In this document: positions 28,650-40,723 of the stretch, in pieces
Layout: every line of letters starts with the position of its first letter
How positions within the stretch are numbered: the stretch's first letter is position 1
From: Sedimentisphaerales bacterium
GTDB lineage: Bacteria; Planctomycetota; Phycisphaerae; Sedimentisphaerales; SM23-30
Assembly (NCBI GenBank): GCA_963663965.2
Contig: CAXXFK010000010.1
Location: 128,001 to 192,000 of the forward strand
DNA length: 64,000 nucleotides
Direction: 5' to 3'
Notes under the pieces: model-generated
The model's database searches: none
Told to the model about the DNA's origin: nothing
What the model saw: only the letters and a program-made list of their open reading frames with translations
Translations under genes and position numbers: made by a program

Positions 28650-30257
28650 TCATACCTGGGCCTGAGAGGGCTCATTCGATTCGTTGGGAGCATTCTCATT
28701 TTTTTCGAGGCCCGCACTACTCTTAGTGTCTTTCGACGGATCGGCATCCAGACGGGTTGGATAAGCTATACGACCATGATACATGGCGCATAAACTTTTC
28801 GTCAAACTGGTCTCGATACGATTCAATTCTTTCATTGTCAGATCACACTCATTAAACTGTCCATCCTGTAAACGTTTCATTGCCATCAGATGAACAATAT
28901 TCTCAATCCGGCTGGGAGTCGGTTCCTTCATGGCACGGGTTGCCCCTTCCACGGCATCGGCCAACATGACAATTGCCGACTCACGCGTCTGGGGTTTTGG
29001 GCCGGGATATCGGAATTCAGTTTCTTCAACCTTCTGACCGGTTTTCTCCTCATTCTTGGTCGCTTCGTGATAAAAATATTCAACCAGCGTCGTCCCATGA
29101 TGGGTCGCAGTGAACTGATGAAGAATTTTGGGGATACGATATTCCCTCAACATTTCCAACCCATCCTTCACATGCCCCACAATAATCATGCGGCTCATGG
29201 TGGGCGATAGCAGTTTATGCTGATTCATCTGTCCTTCCTGATTTTCGACGAAATACCGGGGTTTATTCAGTTTGCCTACGTCGTGATAATAACTACCAAC
29301 GCGGCATAGCAAGCCATTGGCTCCAATGGATTCAGCGGCAGATTCGGCCAGCATCCCGATTTGCCAGCTATGATTAAACGTTCCCGGCGCTTCAATCGCC
29401 AGACGTTTCAAGAGTGGCTGGGTTGCTTCGCCATAAGACAGTAAGGTCATATCGGACGCCGTGCGGAATAACCGTTCGATAATCGGCAGTAATGCCTGCA
29501 TGATCAAGCCGACAAAGACGGTACCCCCAGCCCCATAACCGCAATCCCGCAGGATTTTTTGATAATAAATCGTCGTCCCATCAGCAGATTGTTCCCAGAT
29601 TCCAACCACAAAAATCAGAATGAAAACCATGCCGGCCGCCAAGACACACACTTCGATCAACCGGGTAAAAGACCTGATCCGTTTCAGCAGCAAAACAGCA
29701 ATTCCAGTGCCGCCGCCGCTGGCAAGAAGAATACCCAAGCCACGATGGAACGATTCTGCGGTATCGGCAATCGACATGGCACAAATCAACGCCAGAAACG
29801 ATCCAATACCCAACGCGAAGCGCTGATTGTAAGCGATCGTAAAAGTAATCCCCGTAATCATAACCGGCATAACCGCGACATAATCAGGCCATTTCTGTAC
29901 CACGCTTAAACGGACAAATCCCATCATGATGAAAAGAACAAACAGTAACAATGTACCACGGAGATGATTTTTTATAACTCTGGGTTCATTCAAGACCACA
30001 TACAATCCCAATGCCGTGCCCATAAAGAGCATTAAAAACCAGTTGATCATGTATCGGCCCAAACTTGGCCAGATCAGATGATTTCCCTGATCATCGATAT
30101 ACCCACCCAGACTTAAAATCAGGCTGGACATACCAATAAACAGCAACAGCAAAAGGATAGATCCCGGAGCTCCCGACTCGAAGAATATTCGACGTCGGGC
30201 TGCCGATTCGCTCTCCAATACACGTTTTGTATTGACTCGTTTAGTCTTCCTGGCCAT
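28650..30257 (-). CDS. 7TM-HD phosphohydrolase (PgpH-like)
   Basis: EAPGTFNHS, YYHDVGK, HHGT, FRYPGPKP, LADAVE, YHGRIAYP. Confidence 0.9.
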   Translation of the reverse strand: MARKTKRVNTKRVLESESAARRRIFFESGAPGSILLLLLFIGMSSLILSLGGYIDDQGNHLIWPSLGRYMINWFLMLFMGTALGLYVVLNEPRVIKNHLRGTLLLFVLFIMMGFVRLSVVQKWPDYVAVMPVMITGITFTIAYNQRFALGIGSFLALICAMSIADTAESFHRGLGILLASGGGTGIAVLLLKRIRSFTRLIEVCVLAAGMVFILIFVVGIWEQSADGTTIYYQKILRDCGYGAGGTVFVGLIMQALLPIIERLFRTASDMTLLSYGEATQPLLKRLAIEAPGTFNHSWQIGMLAESAAESIGANGLLCRVGSYYHDVGKLNKPRYFVENQEGQMNQHKLLSPTMSRMIIVGHVKDGLEMLREYRIPKILHQFTATHHGTTLVEYFYHEATKNEEKTGQKVEETEFRYPGPKPQTRESAIVMLADAVEGATRAMKEPTPSRIENIVHLMAMKRLQDGQFNECDLTMKELNRIETSLTKSLCAMYHGRIAYPTRLDADPSKDTKSSAGLEKNENAPNESNEPSQAQV

Positions 30258-31176
30258 AAGCTTTCACTATTCTTTGCACTAACCGATGCCGAACAATATC
30301 CACTTCGGTCAGCCGGATAATGGCAATGCCTGGAATCCCGCGTAATCGTTTAATCGCATCGGATAAACCCGATGTTCTACCTTTTTCCAGATCGGTTTGC
30401 GAGACATCACCCGTTACAATCATTTTTGAATCCTGCCCCAGTCGAGTCAGAAACATCAGCATCTGCGAAACAGTGGTATTCTGGGCTTCATCAAGGATCA
30501 CTACGGCATTATTCAATGTACGCCCACGCATAAACGCCAGCGGAACAACTTCAATAATATCATTCTGTATAAATTGTCGTACTTGATTATAGTCCATCAT
30601 ATCGCCCAAAGCATCAAAAAGCGGACGTAAATATGGATTAACCTTGGCCTGCATATCACCGGGCAGAAAACCCAGTTTTTCGCCAGCCTCAACAGCCGGC
30701 CGGGCCAGAATAATGCGGCGAATAGATCCCCCTTTTAACATGGCTACCGCCAGCGCCACAGCCAGATAGGTTTTGCCAGTTCCCGCAGGACCGGTACAAA
30801 ACACCATATCATTATGTTCGAGCGCCTGGATATATTCTTCCTGCCCTTCCGTTTTCGCCAGAATCGTCCGACCAGGCAAATAAACCTGCAATTGCTCCTG
30901 TTCACCCCGGGGACCGTGGCCATGCCCCAGATGTTTCAGCATAGATAGAATATCATCTTTTTCTATCTGATCGCTGCGCTTGAGTTTACGCTGCATAGCG
31001 TTCAACAGCGAAGCTGCGCGAGCCACTGATTCCTGCTCCCCTTTAATCGTAACACGCTCATCCCGCGCCACTATGGCCACTTCACATAATTCTCTGATGA
31101 GGCGTAGATTGCCATCGCTGGAACCAAACAACTGCACCCGTTTTTCAGGATTTTCAAGTGTAATAGTCAATTCCAA
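30241..31176 (-). CDS. phoH: PhoH-family ATPase
   Basis: GPAGTGKT, RPAVEAGEKLGFLPG, RGRTL, DEAQN, DIVRH. Confidence 0.95.
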   Translation of the reverse strand: MELTITLENPEKRVQLFGSSDGNLRLIRELCEVAIVARDERVTIKGEQESVARAASLLNAMQRKLKRSDQIEKDDILSMLKHLGHGHGPRGEQEQLQVYLPGRTILAKTEGQEEYIQALEHNDMVFCTGPAGTGKTYLAVALAVAMLKGGSIRRIILARPAVEAGEKLGFLPGDMQAKVNPYLRPLFDALGDMMDYNQVRQFIQNDIIEVVPLAFMRGRTLNNAVVILDEAQNTTVSQMLMFLTRLGQDSKMIVTGDVSQTDLEKGRTSGLSDAIKRLRGIPGIAIIRLTEVDIVRHRLVQRIVKAYGQED

Positions 31177-31240
31177 GTCTTGTATTCAACTCCAATTTTC
31201 AAACGAATCCTTTTACGCATGGCTGTTTCGTCAACTACAA

Positions 31241-32113
31241 TCACATAAGCAGAACAAAGACAAAATAAGCTACCGGAGCAGCGGCAATGGGTGAATCAAT
31301 CAAATCCAGAATACCGCCAAATTCAGGGACGACATTCGCCGAATCCTTGATCTGGCTATCACGTTTGAGCATCGATTCAAGCAGATCGCCCAACTGTCCG
31401 GTTATTCCAATAATCAAACTTGATATTAACGCTTTAGTTATCGGCATCAAAGAAAAAATTCTGGCGCATAATAAGCCAGCCAGAATCCCCAGAATCAGGC
31501 CGCCAGCAAGCCCTTCCCAGGTCTTGTTGGGACTGATAGAAGGTACCCATTTGTGTTTTCCAATTGCGCGTCCAGTCAGATAAGCTCCTACATCAGCACA
31601 CTTTACAATAGCCAGGTACGTTACCACCGGGCCCATCTGGCCCGCCCATCCGCTGCCATTCACACCGAGCAGCCGGATAGATACCATGAAAAAAAAGCCT
31701 ATTACTAAATAGATCGTCGCAAAAGAAACAAAACCTAAATGGCGAAAAGCCGCATCAGGACCCAAAAGCATCCCCTGGCAAAGGGCAGCAACCAGCAAAA
31801 TCATCGCCATCACCCCCCCCAAACCAACCATCGCATACTGCTGTGGCACCCAGAATGGAATGGTAGTACCGGCCATCATTCCAACAAACATCACCCATCC
31901 AACCAGCATGAATTTTCCATCCCGCATCATGTCGAGCAGTTCATTCATGGCAACACAACCCAATAAACCCGCAATGATCCCAAATCCGATTCCGCGAAAG
32001 GGTAACGGCAATTTAATGGCGGACAACCAAGCCTCTCCGATCAGCAATCCCAACAGACAGGCCGCCATGATCAAACCAAAAAAAACTCTTCTGGCAAGTC
32101 TCGCGTCAAACAT
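31241..32113 (-). CDS. cdsA: Phosphatidate cytidylyltransferase
   Basis: SPNKTWEG, GDLLESMLKR..KDS, GGILDLIDS. Confidence 0.93.
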   Translation of the reverse strand: MFDARLARRVFFGLIMAACLLGLLIGEAWLSAIKLPLPFRGIGFGIIAGLLGCVAMNELLDMMRDGKFMLVGWVMFVGMMAGTTIPFWVPQQYAMVGLGGVMAMILLVAALCQGMLLGPDAAFRHLGFVSFATIYLVIGFFFMVSIRLLGVNGSGWAGQMGPVVTYLAIVKCADVGAYLTGRAIGKHKWVPSISPNKTWEGLAGGLILGILAGLLCARIFSLMPITKALISSLIIGITGQLGDLLESMLKRDSQIKDSANVVPEFGGILDLIDSPIAAAPVAYFVFVLLM

Positions 32114-32122
32114 GGTTCAGCC

Positions 32123-32893
32123 TTATCGTTCCGATGGATTTAATCCCCCAAAGCGACGATTCCGTTCAGCATAATTCAAGATAGCCCGATATAATTCCTG
32201 ACTGTCAAAATCAGGCCAATGGGTATCGGTCACATAAAATTCCGCATAAGAAATCTGCCAGAGCAGATAATTACTAATCCGTTTTTCTCCCGAGGTCCGG
32301 ATCAACAGATCCGGATCGGGCAGACCGGCGGTATCGAGCGTATCACTAATATACTCTTCAGTGATATCCTGTGGAGAAATTATTCCACGTTGCACCCTGT
32401 CGACGATCTTATGAACCGCAGTCAAAATTTCGGAGCGGCCGGAATAGTTCAAAGCCAGACACAAGGTCATGCCTTTATTATCTTTACTAAGCCGGGCTGT
32501 TTCCCACAATTCGTTCAGGACGAAATCGGGCAGCCCATCTTCATGACCGATATGCCTGAGCCGGATATTATTATTCATGATAGTCGGACGCTCTTCGATC
32601 AGATATTTCTGATAAAGCTTCATTAATCCGGCTACTTCCTCCGGTGGCCGTTTCCAGTTTTCCGTGCTGAATGAATAAAGTGTCAAACACTCAACACCCA
32701 GACGAGCGGCTTCGGTTATGGTAAACCGCACTGCTTTACTGCCGTTGCGGTGCCCTTCCAGGCGAGGTAGTCCGCGTTTTTCAGCCCATCGGCCATTTCC
32801 ATCCATAATGATAGCAATATGCCGGGGCATTTGCTTCCATGGGATGCCCAGGATAGGATGTATTTCATTATTCTTGTTTGTTGTATCAGACAT
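32123..32893 (-). CDS. uppS: Undecaprenyl diphosphate synthase
   Basis: HIAIIMDGNGRWA, FSTENWKRP, DLLIRTSGE.RISNYLLWQ. Confidence 0.96.
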   Translation of the reverse strand: MSDTTNKNNEIHPILGIPWKQMPRHIAIIMDGNGRWAEKRGLPRLEGHRNGSKAVRFTITEAARLGVECLTLYSFSTENWKRPPEEVAGLMKLYQKYLIEERPTIMNNNIRLRHIGHEDGLPDFVLNELWETARLSKDNKGMTLCLALNYSGRSEILTAVHKIVDRVQRGIISPQDITEEYISDTLDTAGLPDPDLLIRTSGEKRISNYLLWQISYAEFYVTDTHWPDFDSQELYRAILNYAERNRRFGGLNPSER

Positions 32894-32929
32894 TATTTAT
32901 TTATAACTCCGTAAGCAATGATCCAGACA

Positions 32930-34228
<1,299 letters not shown>

Positions 34229-34824
34229 CTAAGCCGGAGTTTCTATCGTCTTATCGTTAAAGTCGTTATCCAAAAAACAGGGGGTACTTTACACAATTTG
34301 ACCAGAAAGGTCAACTTTTTATTGTGAAAGCTGAAGGTATGGGCAGATTTACCCATGCTCTCTGATTAAATGCTGACCGATTAACCGCCGGTATAACCGA
34401 CAAGTTAAGTAAATTGTGAAAATTGGGTTCGTTCGGTATCAGTACATATCTCTTTGATTTGAAAGGACTATTGCGCAAATTGTTAATCATTCAGTTAACA
34501 TTGGCTTCGTTTCGACCAGATACAACTACGAGCAGGTTAACCCAGGTTGAATCGCACTCAATGGTACTGAAGATGAATCCGAAGGCTATTTATGAGTACT
34601 CTGTATTGTAGCAACAAAATCGAGCCTTAATGGGCCGCCCAGATGCCTATAAAAAAATTACGACATAACTAATTACAATAGAATATGTTACACTTATTTT
34701 GCGAGTTATCATTATATCAGATAAGATCCCTGAAAAAATTCAGACGGTTTAATATAGATAAGTGATTATTATAAAATGCGTTATTTAATAATCAGTCTGA
34801 CAAGACCCCATTGTCATTTTCAGA

Positions 34825-35694
34825 TCAATTATCGATCAGCCAATAATAACTAAGCCAGAATAAATCTTCTGAATCCACCTGACCGGAATGATTAATATCG
34901 GCCCTGCCACATGCGGTATTGGGATCACATGCGGTATTATTCCAACGGGAGGATAATGAATTAAAGTCTCCGATATTGATCGCTCCATCGGTATTGATGT
35001 CGGCGGGATGATCGATCTGGTGCAAGATCACTCTGATCTGCTGAACCCCGTTAGCCATATTGTCACCGCCAAAATCATCGAAAATGCCACCCACGGCATG
35101 TTGCAGGATGACTTTGACCGGTTCGCCTGTGATCGCCGTTATCATGCCTTTATTAAACCCGAAATGCCCATCTTCATAATTGTAACCGGTTTCAATGGCA
35201 GAAAACGGGCCCTGAATATCCAGTTTCCAGGCAGTATCTCCCCCGACGATATTATTAATCGGAAATATGACTTCGTATTCGATCCCGCAAATGGCGCCAT
35301 TGGGATCATGGGTTGCGACATAATTGGCATCGATAACTGTATAAGCTTCCTGATAAAAGTAATCGGCCAGAAAATACCAGTCTTTTTTCTGAAAAGAAGC
35401 GGTTAATTTCGAATCAATGAATATATCACCATCGTTATTTGAAGAGGTCTGGCTGCCAATACTTCCAGTGGTCATTACCGTACCAATGATATTCGAAGTA
35501 TCGTAGGCATGCGCGGAAGCCACTGCATTCTGATTAACCTGAGTCGCTGTTGAAACATCAATATAATCCGGGGCCACAACTGAAGTACATTCAGCGGACG
35601 CGGTCCAGCGTAACATGGCAGATTGAGCATTACCAACTAATAATAGCGATGCGACAATCAATAGTATTCCGTCTAATTTCAATTTCCGAACCAC
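34825..35694 (-). CDS. Secreted hypothetical protein with C-terminal dockerin-like EF-hand repeats
   Basis: Signal peptide; ADINTDGAINIGDF and ADINHSGQVDSEDL..W. Confidence 0.75.
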   Translation of the reverse strand: MVRKLKLDGILLIVASLLLVGNAQSAMLRWTASAECTSVVAPDYIDVSTATQVNQNAVASAHAYDTSNIIGTVMTTGSIGSQTSSNNDGDIFIDSKLTASFQKKDWYFLADYFYQEAYTVIDANYVATHDPNGAICGIEYEVIFPINNIVGGDTAWKLDIQGPFSAIETGYNYEDGHFGFNKGMITAITGEPVKVILQHAVGGIFDDFGGDNMANGVQQIRVILHQIDHPADINTDGAINIGDFNSLSSRWNNTACDPNTACGRADINHSGQVDSEDLFWLSYYWLIDN

Positions 35695-35892
35695 AATATA
35701 CCTCCTCGTCTATTAATCACCTTACATCAATAAGATTATCATTTCCTGGATATAGTCATACGGCATGAACGTTTATTTTAATCGGTCCAAACCGGTTATG
35801 CAAGAAATTTATCCTAAATCAACCGCATGCCCCATCTTGCCCATTTTAACACCATAAAACACAAGTAAGACCGTGATATAAACGATGGCCGA

Positions 35893-37341
35893 TCAGTAAT
35901 AATCAATAACTAATTTTACAATATTATCAATATCCCGGTTTGATCCGGGTGGGTCCTGAGTCAGTATAGAGAACGCCAGTTTTTTCCCTGTCTGGCTTAG
36001 ACAATAGCCCGACAGGGCATTGGTGCCATTAATATATCCTGTTTTCGCGAAAACTCTATCGGCATACCGATCCTCGCTGAAACGATCTTTTTTACTGAGC
36101 GTCCCATTTTCCGCGGTCGCCAGGGATTCACGAAATACGGCGGCATAGGCGCTTTTATCCATATAATGCAACAGCATCGCCATGGCACGGGCGGAAATTC
36201 TATTTTCATGACTTAAACCGCTGCCATCATCCACCACCAGATTATCCGTATTCAGATGAATCCGTTTCAAGAAAGCAATCACGGCTTTGCGGCCCGATTC
36301 CCAGGAACCATCCCTGTGTGTTTTATTCGTGTGGGCGCCAATTGTTTTCATCAGGCATTCCGCCACCAGATTCAAGCTGCGCTGGTTACTCTCGCGCAGC
36401 ACATCCTGGATCGGGGTTCGAATATTCAGTATTGTATTAAATCCCGCAGGCAGTTGATTTTGATCTTCCAATATCCTCTTTATTACGAGTACCCCCTCAA
36501 TGGTAATTCCCTGTTGATGGAGATATTCAGCCAAGGTATAACCGTGAAAGGCACTTGGATTATCAATGGTCGCAGAAACAGGTTTTTCCAGTTCCACTCC
36601 GCAAGTCCCGATCAATGTCATTTCATTGGTATTATGCGAGCGTAAAACTCCAACAGCCGTTTTACGATTTGAAGCCACCGTCTTGCATTTATTGTTAACC
36701 GTAATGAATTTTGTGTCTGGCAGACAGGTAAATTGCGCCATATCACCTGGGGCGGCGCCCGGTTTAAATGAAATATCGATGCAATTATCATTAAAACACA
36801 ATCCTGATATCTGGGCCGTGTACCAGTTATTTTCCTGCTCGACCGGCCAGGATGGGTGAAATCGCTCATTATCAAACACAAAATCGTCAATCAGAAGGTT
36901 TCCGGATATTTTTTCGATATTATTTTTCCTGAGCGCCTCGCAGACCTGGCGATAGCCATCAAAGATATTAACCCCCTTTCGCTGAGCGACCACCGGATCT
37001 CCCAGGAGAGGATCCCCTCCGGCAATTATGCATAAATCCCCATCGAACAGACCGTAAATGGTTTCAAAGTGATAATCAGGTCCCAGAACGTCCAAAGCCG
37101 TGGCCGTGGTGATTAACTTCATGTTGCTGGCAGGTTTCTGTGGGCGGTCGGCATTGTATTCAAAAACACAATGCCGATTTTCAATATCGTAGAAAAAAAT
37201 GGAATAATGAACTTTGGCATTATACCCCTTATTCAGGGTTGCCTTGATTCGTTCAGACAAAGTCTGACCGGATAAAAACCATGGATTCAGACCTATTGCC
37301 AGGACAATATAAAGGGGGAGTTGAAATCTCTTCATCTTCAT
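35893..37341 (-). CDS. dacB: D-Ala-D-Ala carboxypeptidase/endopeptidase (PBP4, peptidase S13)
   Basis: PASNMK (SxxK), SLN (SxN), DGSGLS, KTG. Confidence 0.92.
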   Translation of the reverse strand: MKMKRFQLPLYIVLAIGLNPWFLSGQTLSERIKATLNKGYNAKVHYSIFFYDIENRHCVFEYNADRPQKPASNMKLITTATALDVLGPDYHFETIYGLFDGDLCIIAGGDPLLGDPVVAQRKGVNIFDGYRQVCEALRKNNIEKISGNLLIDDFVFDNERFHPSWPVEQENNWYTAQISGLCFNDNCIDISFKPGAAPGDMAQFTCLPDTKFITVNNKCKTVASNRKTAVGVLRSHNTNEMTLIGTCGVELEKPVSATIDNPSAFHGYTLAEYLHQQGITIEGVLVIKRILEDQNQLPAGFNTILNIRTPIQDVLRESNQRSLNLVAECLMKTIGAHTNKTHRDGSWESGRKAVIAFLKRIHLNTDNLVVDDGSGLSHENRISARAMAMLLHYMDKSAYAAVFRESLATAENGTLSKKDRFSEDRYADRVFAKTGYINGTNALSGYCLSQTGKKLAFSILTQDPPGSNRDIDNIVKLVIDYY

Positions 37342-37619
37342 TCACAAATTCATACGCATGCCCGTTCTATGACGACCTTTGCAGTCCCGGGGAGAGGCAT
37401 GCCATAACTATTTATACAAAAAGACGTTACAATCATCATTATTCAACGGTTATTTAGCGAGCACTACTATAACACATGACGAAATTAATGAAAAGCGTAA
37501 AAAAGGGAGATTCCATCTATTAGTTTTCCGAGAAAGCAAAGAAATAATTGACTCAAAGATAATCAACCATTATCCTTAATGCGAATTCATTATAATCTTA
37601 ACTATCAAACAGAGTTCTA

Positions 37620-38021
37620 ATGACTGATCCCAAACATTCTGGAAATCCGATACATGTTTATCTGGCCGGCCTGCTGGCCTGGTTGATTCCCGGCGCCGGG
37701 CACTGGTATCTCGGCCAGAGAAATCGCGGGATAGCGATTTTTGCGGCGATGATGACCACCTATCTGCTGGGGCTATATGTCGGCGGCCTGGAACTCATCG
37801 ATCCAACCAATGCCCGGATATGGTACTTTGCCCAGATACTCGCAGGACTGCCAACCATACTGGCCACCATCCTTCAGGACTCCAATGTCAAACTGGGCGT
37901 TGGCAAGGGAATCGATGTCGGCCAGGTCTATACCGGGATAGTCGGATTGCTAAACCTGCTGTGTATACTCCATATATTATTTCCCACCCAGTCATCAGAA
38001 ACCGATGATACGCACTCCTGA
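37620..38021 (+). CDS. Membrane protein (DUF6677-like)
   Basis: LAWLIPGAGHWY and GLLNLL motifs. Confidence 0.65.
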   Translation: MTDPKHSGNPIHVYLAGLLAWLIPGAGHWYLGQRNRGIAIFAAMMTTYLLGLYVGGLELIDPTNARIWYFAQILAGLPTILATILQDSNVKLGVGKGIDVGQVYTGIVGLLNLLCILHILFPTQSSETDDTHS

Positions 38022-38034
38022 TTGAGACCGATCC

Positions 38035-38292
38035 ATGAATATCTGGATAGTGACAAATCTGCTCGCCTCATTCTCAACGCCGATGGATATCCATACGACT
38101 CCCTGGGATTTGCTCTGGGCTATTCCCATCTGTATCTGCATTGCGGCTGTCTATAAAGCTGTCAAGCTGGACAAATTCGAAACCCGGAATTATCTTCGCG
38201 AGGTTGTGTTTCTATCAATGACGCTGGTGGGATTTTTAATTTTATCAGCCATTGTTCTGGTCATAGTTGCCAAGCTGGTCCGGCAACTTTAG
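38035..38292 (+). CDS. Small membrane protein
   Basis: Two hydrophobic segments, P....IAAVYKA motif, operonic spacing. Confidence 0.6.
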   Translation: MNIWIVTNLLASFSTPMDIHTTPWDLLWAIPICICIAAVYKAVKLDKFETRNYLREVVFLSMTLVGFLILSAIVLVIVAKLVRQL

Positions 38293-38302
38293 GGTTATAC
38301 CC

Positions 38303-38324
38303 ATCGGGCAAGGAAATGTCCGAT
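38303..38324. terminator. Hairpin between convergent genes
   Basis: ATCGGGCA-AGGAAA-TGTCCGAT; no strong U-tract. Confidence 0.3.
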
Positions 38325-38406
38325 CGCTCGCAAGCTAAGTTTTTACTTGTAAAAGACTTATTTCACCGCCATGCGGGCATGATCAATCGTTAATGGTATC
38401 CACTGT

Positions 38407-39261
38407 TTACTTGCCAGAGGGGCCGGTCAACACTGCTTTCATTTTAGTGAATTCGTTGGTCGGAACCATGACCGCTTCAGGAGCGTAACCCGGATATTTT
38501 TTGGCGATCAGTTTTTTTACTTCATTAATGCGATTTGTGGTTAAGGGGTGGGTCATGAAGAGTTCAGCCAGTTTGCCCGATTCTTGCTGCCCCAGCGCCA
38601 GCAACGCCTCCAGCAATTCAACCATACCCCAGGGATTATAGCCAGCCCGTTCGAGATATTTAACCCCAACGGAATCCGCTTCATATTCCTGATCCCGGCT
38701 GTATCGCAACTGAACCATGGCCATTGTCATTTCAGAAACCGCCTGAGCAGTTTCATGATACTTTTTATCCTTGGTCGCCATGCCAGCGACTTCCAGCAAT
38801 ATAGAAATCCCCAGTTGGCGCTGAAGAGTATTGACACTGTGCATCGCAGCCACATGCCCAATTTCATGTCCCAGAACCGCGGCCAACTGCCGCTCATTTT
38901 CCATGATCCCGAACAATCCGGCCGTCACATACACTTTTCCGCCGGGCAAAGCGAAGGCATTGGGGACACTGGAATTGAGCAGTGCGAATTCATAAGGCAT
39001 ATCCCGATCCGACTGACGCGCGATTTGTGAACCCACCCGCTTGACATATTCCTGGAGAGTGGCATTGGGATGAAGTCCGTCAAACTCTTTTTCGAATTCC
39101 GCAGCCATTTCCTGCCCCATGGCAACTTCCTGATCTTTGGAAATTAAGGCAAACTGCCGCTGGCCGGTAACGGGATTATCCATACACCCGGTAAGATAAC
39201 TGACCAGTAAAATTCCAAAAATACCATTAAGCATTAAATTTTTCATGATTGTTTTCCTCAT
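38407..39261 (-). CDS. M48 family zinc metallopeptidase lipoprotein
   Basis: LTGC lipobox, NAFALPGG, HEIGH, EYEAD, THP. Confidence 0.92.
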   Translation of the reverse strand: MRKTIMKNLMLNGIFGILLVSYLTGCMDNPVTGQRQFALISKDQEVAMGQEMAAEFEKEFDGLHPNATLQEYVKRVGSQIARQSDRDMPYEFALLNSSVPNAFALPGGKVYVTAGLFGIMENERQLAAVLGHEIGHVAAMHSVNTLQRQLGISILLEVAGMATKDKKYHETAQAVSEMTMAMVQLRYSRDQEYEADSVGVKYLERAGYNPWGMVELLEALLALGQQESGKLAELFMTHPLTTNRINEVKKLIAKKYPGYAPEAVMVPTNEFTKMKAVLTGPSGK

Positions 39262-40711
39262 TAATAATTGCTGACAACGATAATTTGTCCAGAGTATCGC
39301 CCATTTGACGCAATACCCGTTTAATTAATGCCTGAATTTCTTCCGTATTACAATGGGCGGTTTGATCGAAATAATTCCGGTTGATTTCCAGAACATCACC
39401 CAGAGGGATCTGTTCAGCCGGCCGGGCAAGCACAAAGGCCAAACGGGTCTCGGCTCCTACTGCACATATTACCCGATTATCAGCCAGACGATCAATCAGA
39501 TTCTGGACAGAATCGTAGGGTAAATCCAATTCAGAACAGATATGATCAAACGGAACCGGCCCTTTCCCCGCCAGATAGGGCCGGGCAATAATCAACGCAG
39601 CCGCCAAAGAGTCCAGCGGGCTCAGATGAATGCGCGCGGCGATTTCGGCCGATTGCATTCGCTTCAGGTTTGAGGCGGTATGTGACAACTCCGCGCCAAA
39701 CAGAAAGATCGTCCAGGAAATATTTAACCACATCAGGAATATCGGCAAAAGCCCCAATGTACCATATAAACTGCCCGTTCTAACGAAATACTGGACATAC
39801 AGAACAAACAGCCACTTCCCGACCAACCAAAGCGGGTAAGCAACCAGAGCCCCACCCAACGCGGAGCGGAGGCTTACCCGGGTATTGGGTAACAGGCAAT
39901 ATAGGGCGGCCAGGGTAATCACGCCAACAACGATTGGCCCGATCCAGCCCAGCAGTCTCAACATACTCGATAGCACGGTAACCGATTCGATCGCGTTAAG
40001 TATTTTTTCTTCCAGAAAGATCGTGACGAACATAATAACCGGCACTAATGTCAGCACCGACCAGTACAACATAATCCTGCGGACCAGGGCGCGTGACTGC
40101 GGCGCCCGATAGATCCGGTTCAAGGATCTTTCAATGGTCGTAATCAAAGTAATGGCTGTCCATATCAATAATATAAACCCTATAGGGCCCAAACGCTGAA
40201 AAGTCAATTTCTGATCAACCCGATCCACTAATTTCATTATCTCATCAATCAGGTTGTTGTCGGCCATTTCAGCCGACGCAGATGAAATCAGTACATTGTC
40301 TTCAGTCTGTTTTTCCATCTCACTATTAATGGAATTATCACCAACGGCATGTTCTTCAATAACGGGGTTCGAACCCACTTCATCTGACCGAATAGAAATT
40401 TTTTCGCTGATACCAGCCCGATTCAGATTCAATCGAATGAATTCCCGGCTTTCTTCGGGTGAAACCACAACGCGCAAGATCATCAATGACAATACCAGAA
40501 TCGGAACCAGAGCAAAGATGGTCCGGAATGAGAGAGCCGCGCTCATGGCCATGGAATTGTTTTCCCGGAGACGACGACCACAAAAACGCCAGAGCTGGAC
40601 TTGATAGCGAATCAAGCCGGCCCAGTAATTGATTTCCTGTCCGGGCGCCAGAAAGACATTTTCAATACGTGTTTTCAGACGATTTATCAGCTGCTGGATA
40701 TAATTGGGCAA
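39227..40711 (-). CDS. YihY/BrkB family membrane protein with C-terminal winged helix
   Basis: SAALSFRTIFALVP, LNRIY, LPNTRV, LYGTLG..PIFLMW..LFGAE. Confidence 0.88.
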   Translation of the reverse strand: MPNYIQQLINRLKTRIENVFLAPGQEINYWAGLIRYQVQLWRFCGRRLRENNSMAMSAALSFRTIFALVPILVLSLMILRVVVSPEESREFIRLNLNRAGISEKISIRSDEVGSNPVIEEHAVGDNSINSEMEKQTEDNVLISSASAEMADNNLIDEIMKLVDRVDQKLTFQRLGPIGFILLIWTAITLITTIERSLNRIYRAPQSRALVRRIMLYWSVLTLVPVIMFVTIFLEEKILNAIESVTVLSSMLRLLGWIGPIVVGVITLAALYCLLPNTRVSLRSALGGALVAYPLWLVGKWLFVLYVQYFVRTGSLYGTLGLLPIFLMWLNISWTIFLFGAELSHTASNLKRMQSAEIAARIHLSPLDSLAAALIIARPYLAGKGPVPFDHICSELDLPYDSVQNLIDRLADNRVICAVGAETRLAFVLARPAEQIPLGDVLEINRNYFDQTAHCNTEEIQALIKRVLRQMGDTLDKLSLSAIINEENNHEKFNA

Positions 40712-40723
40712 ACGAATACTCCA

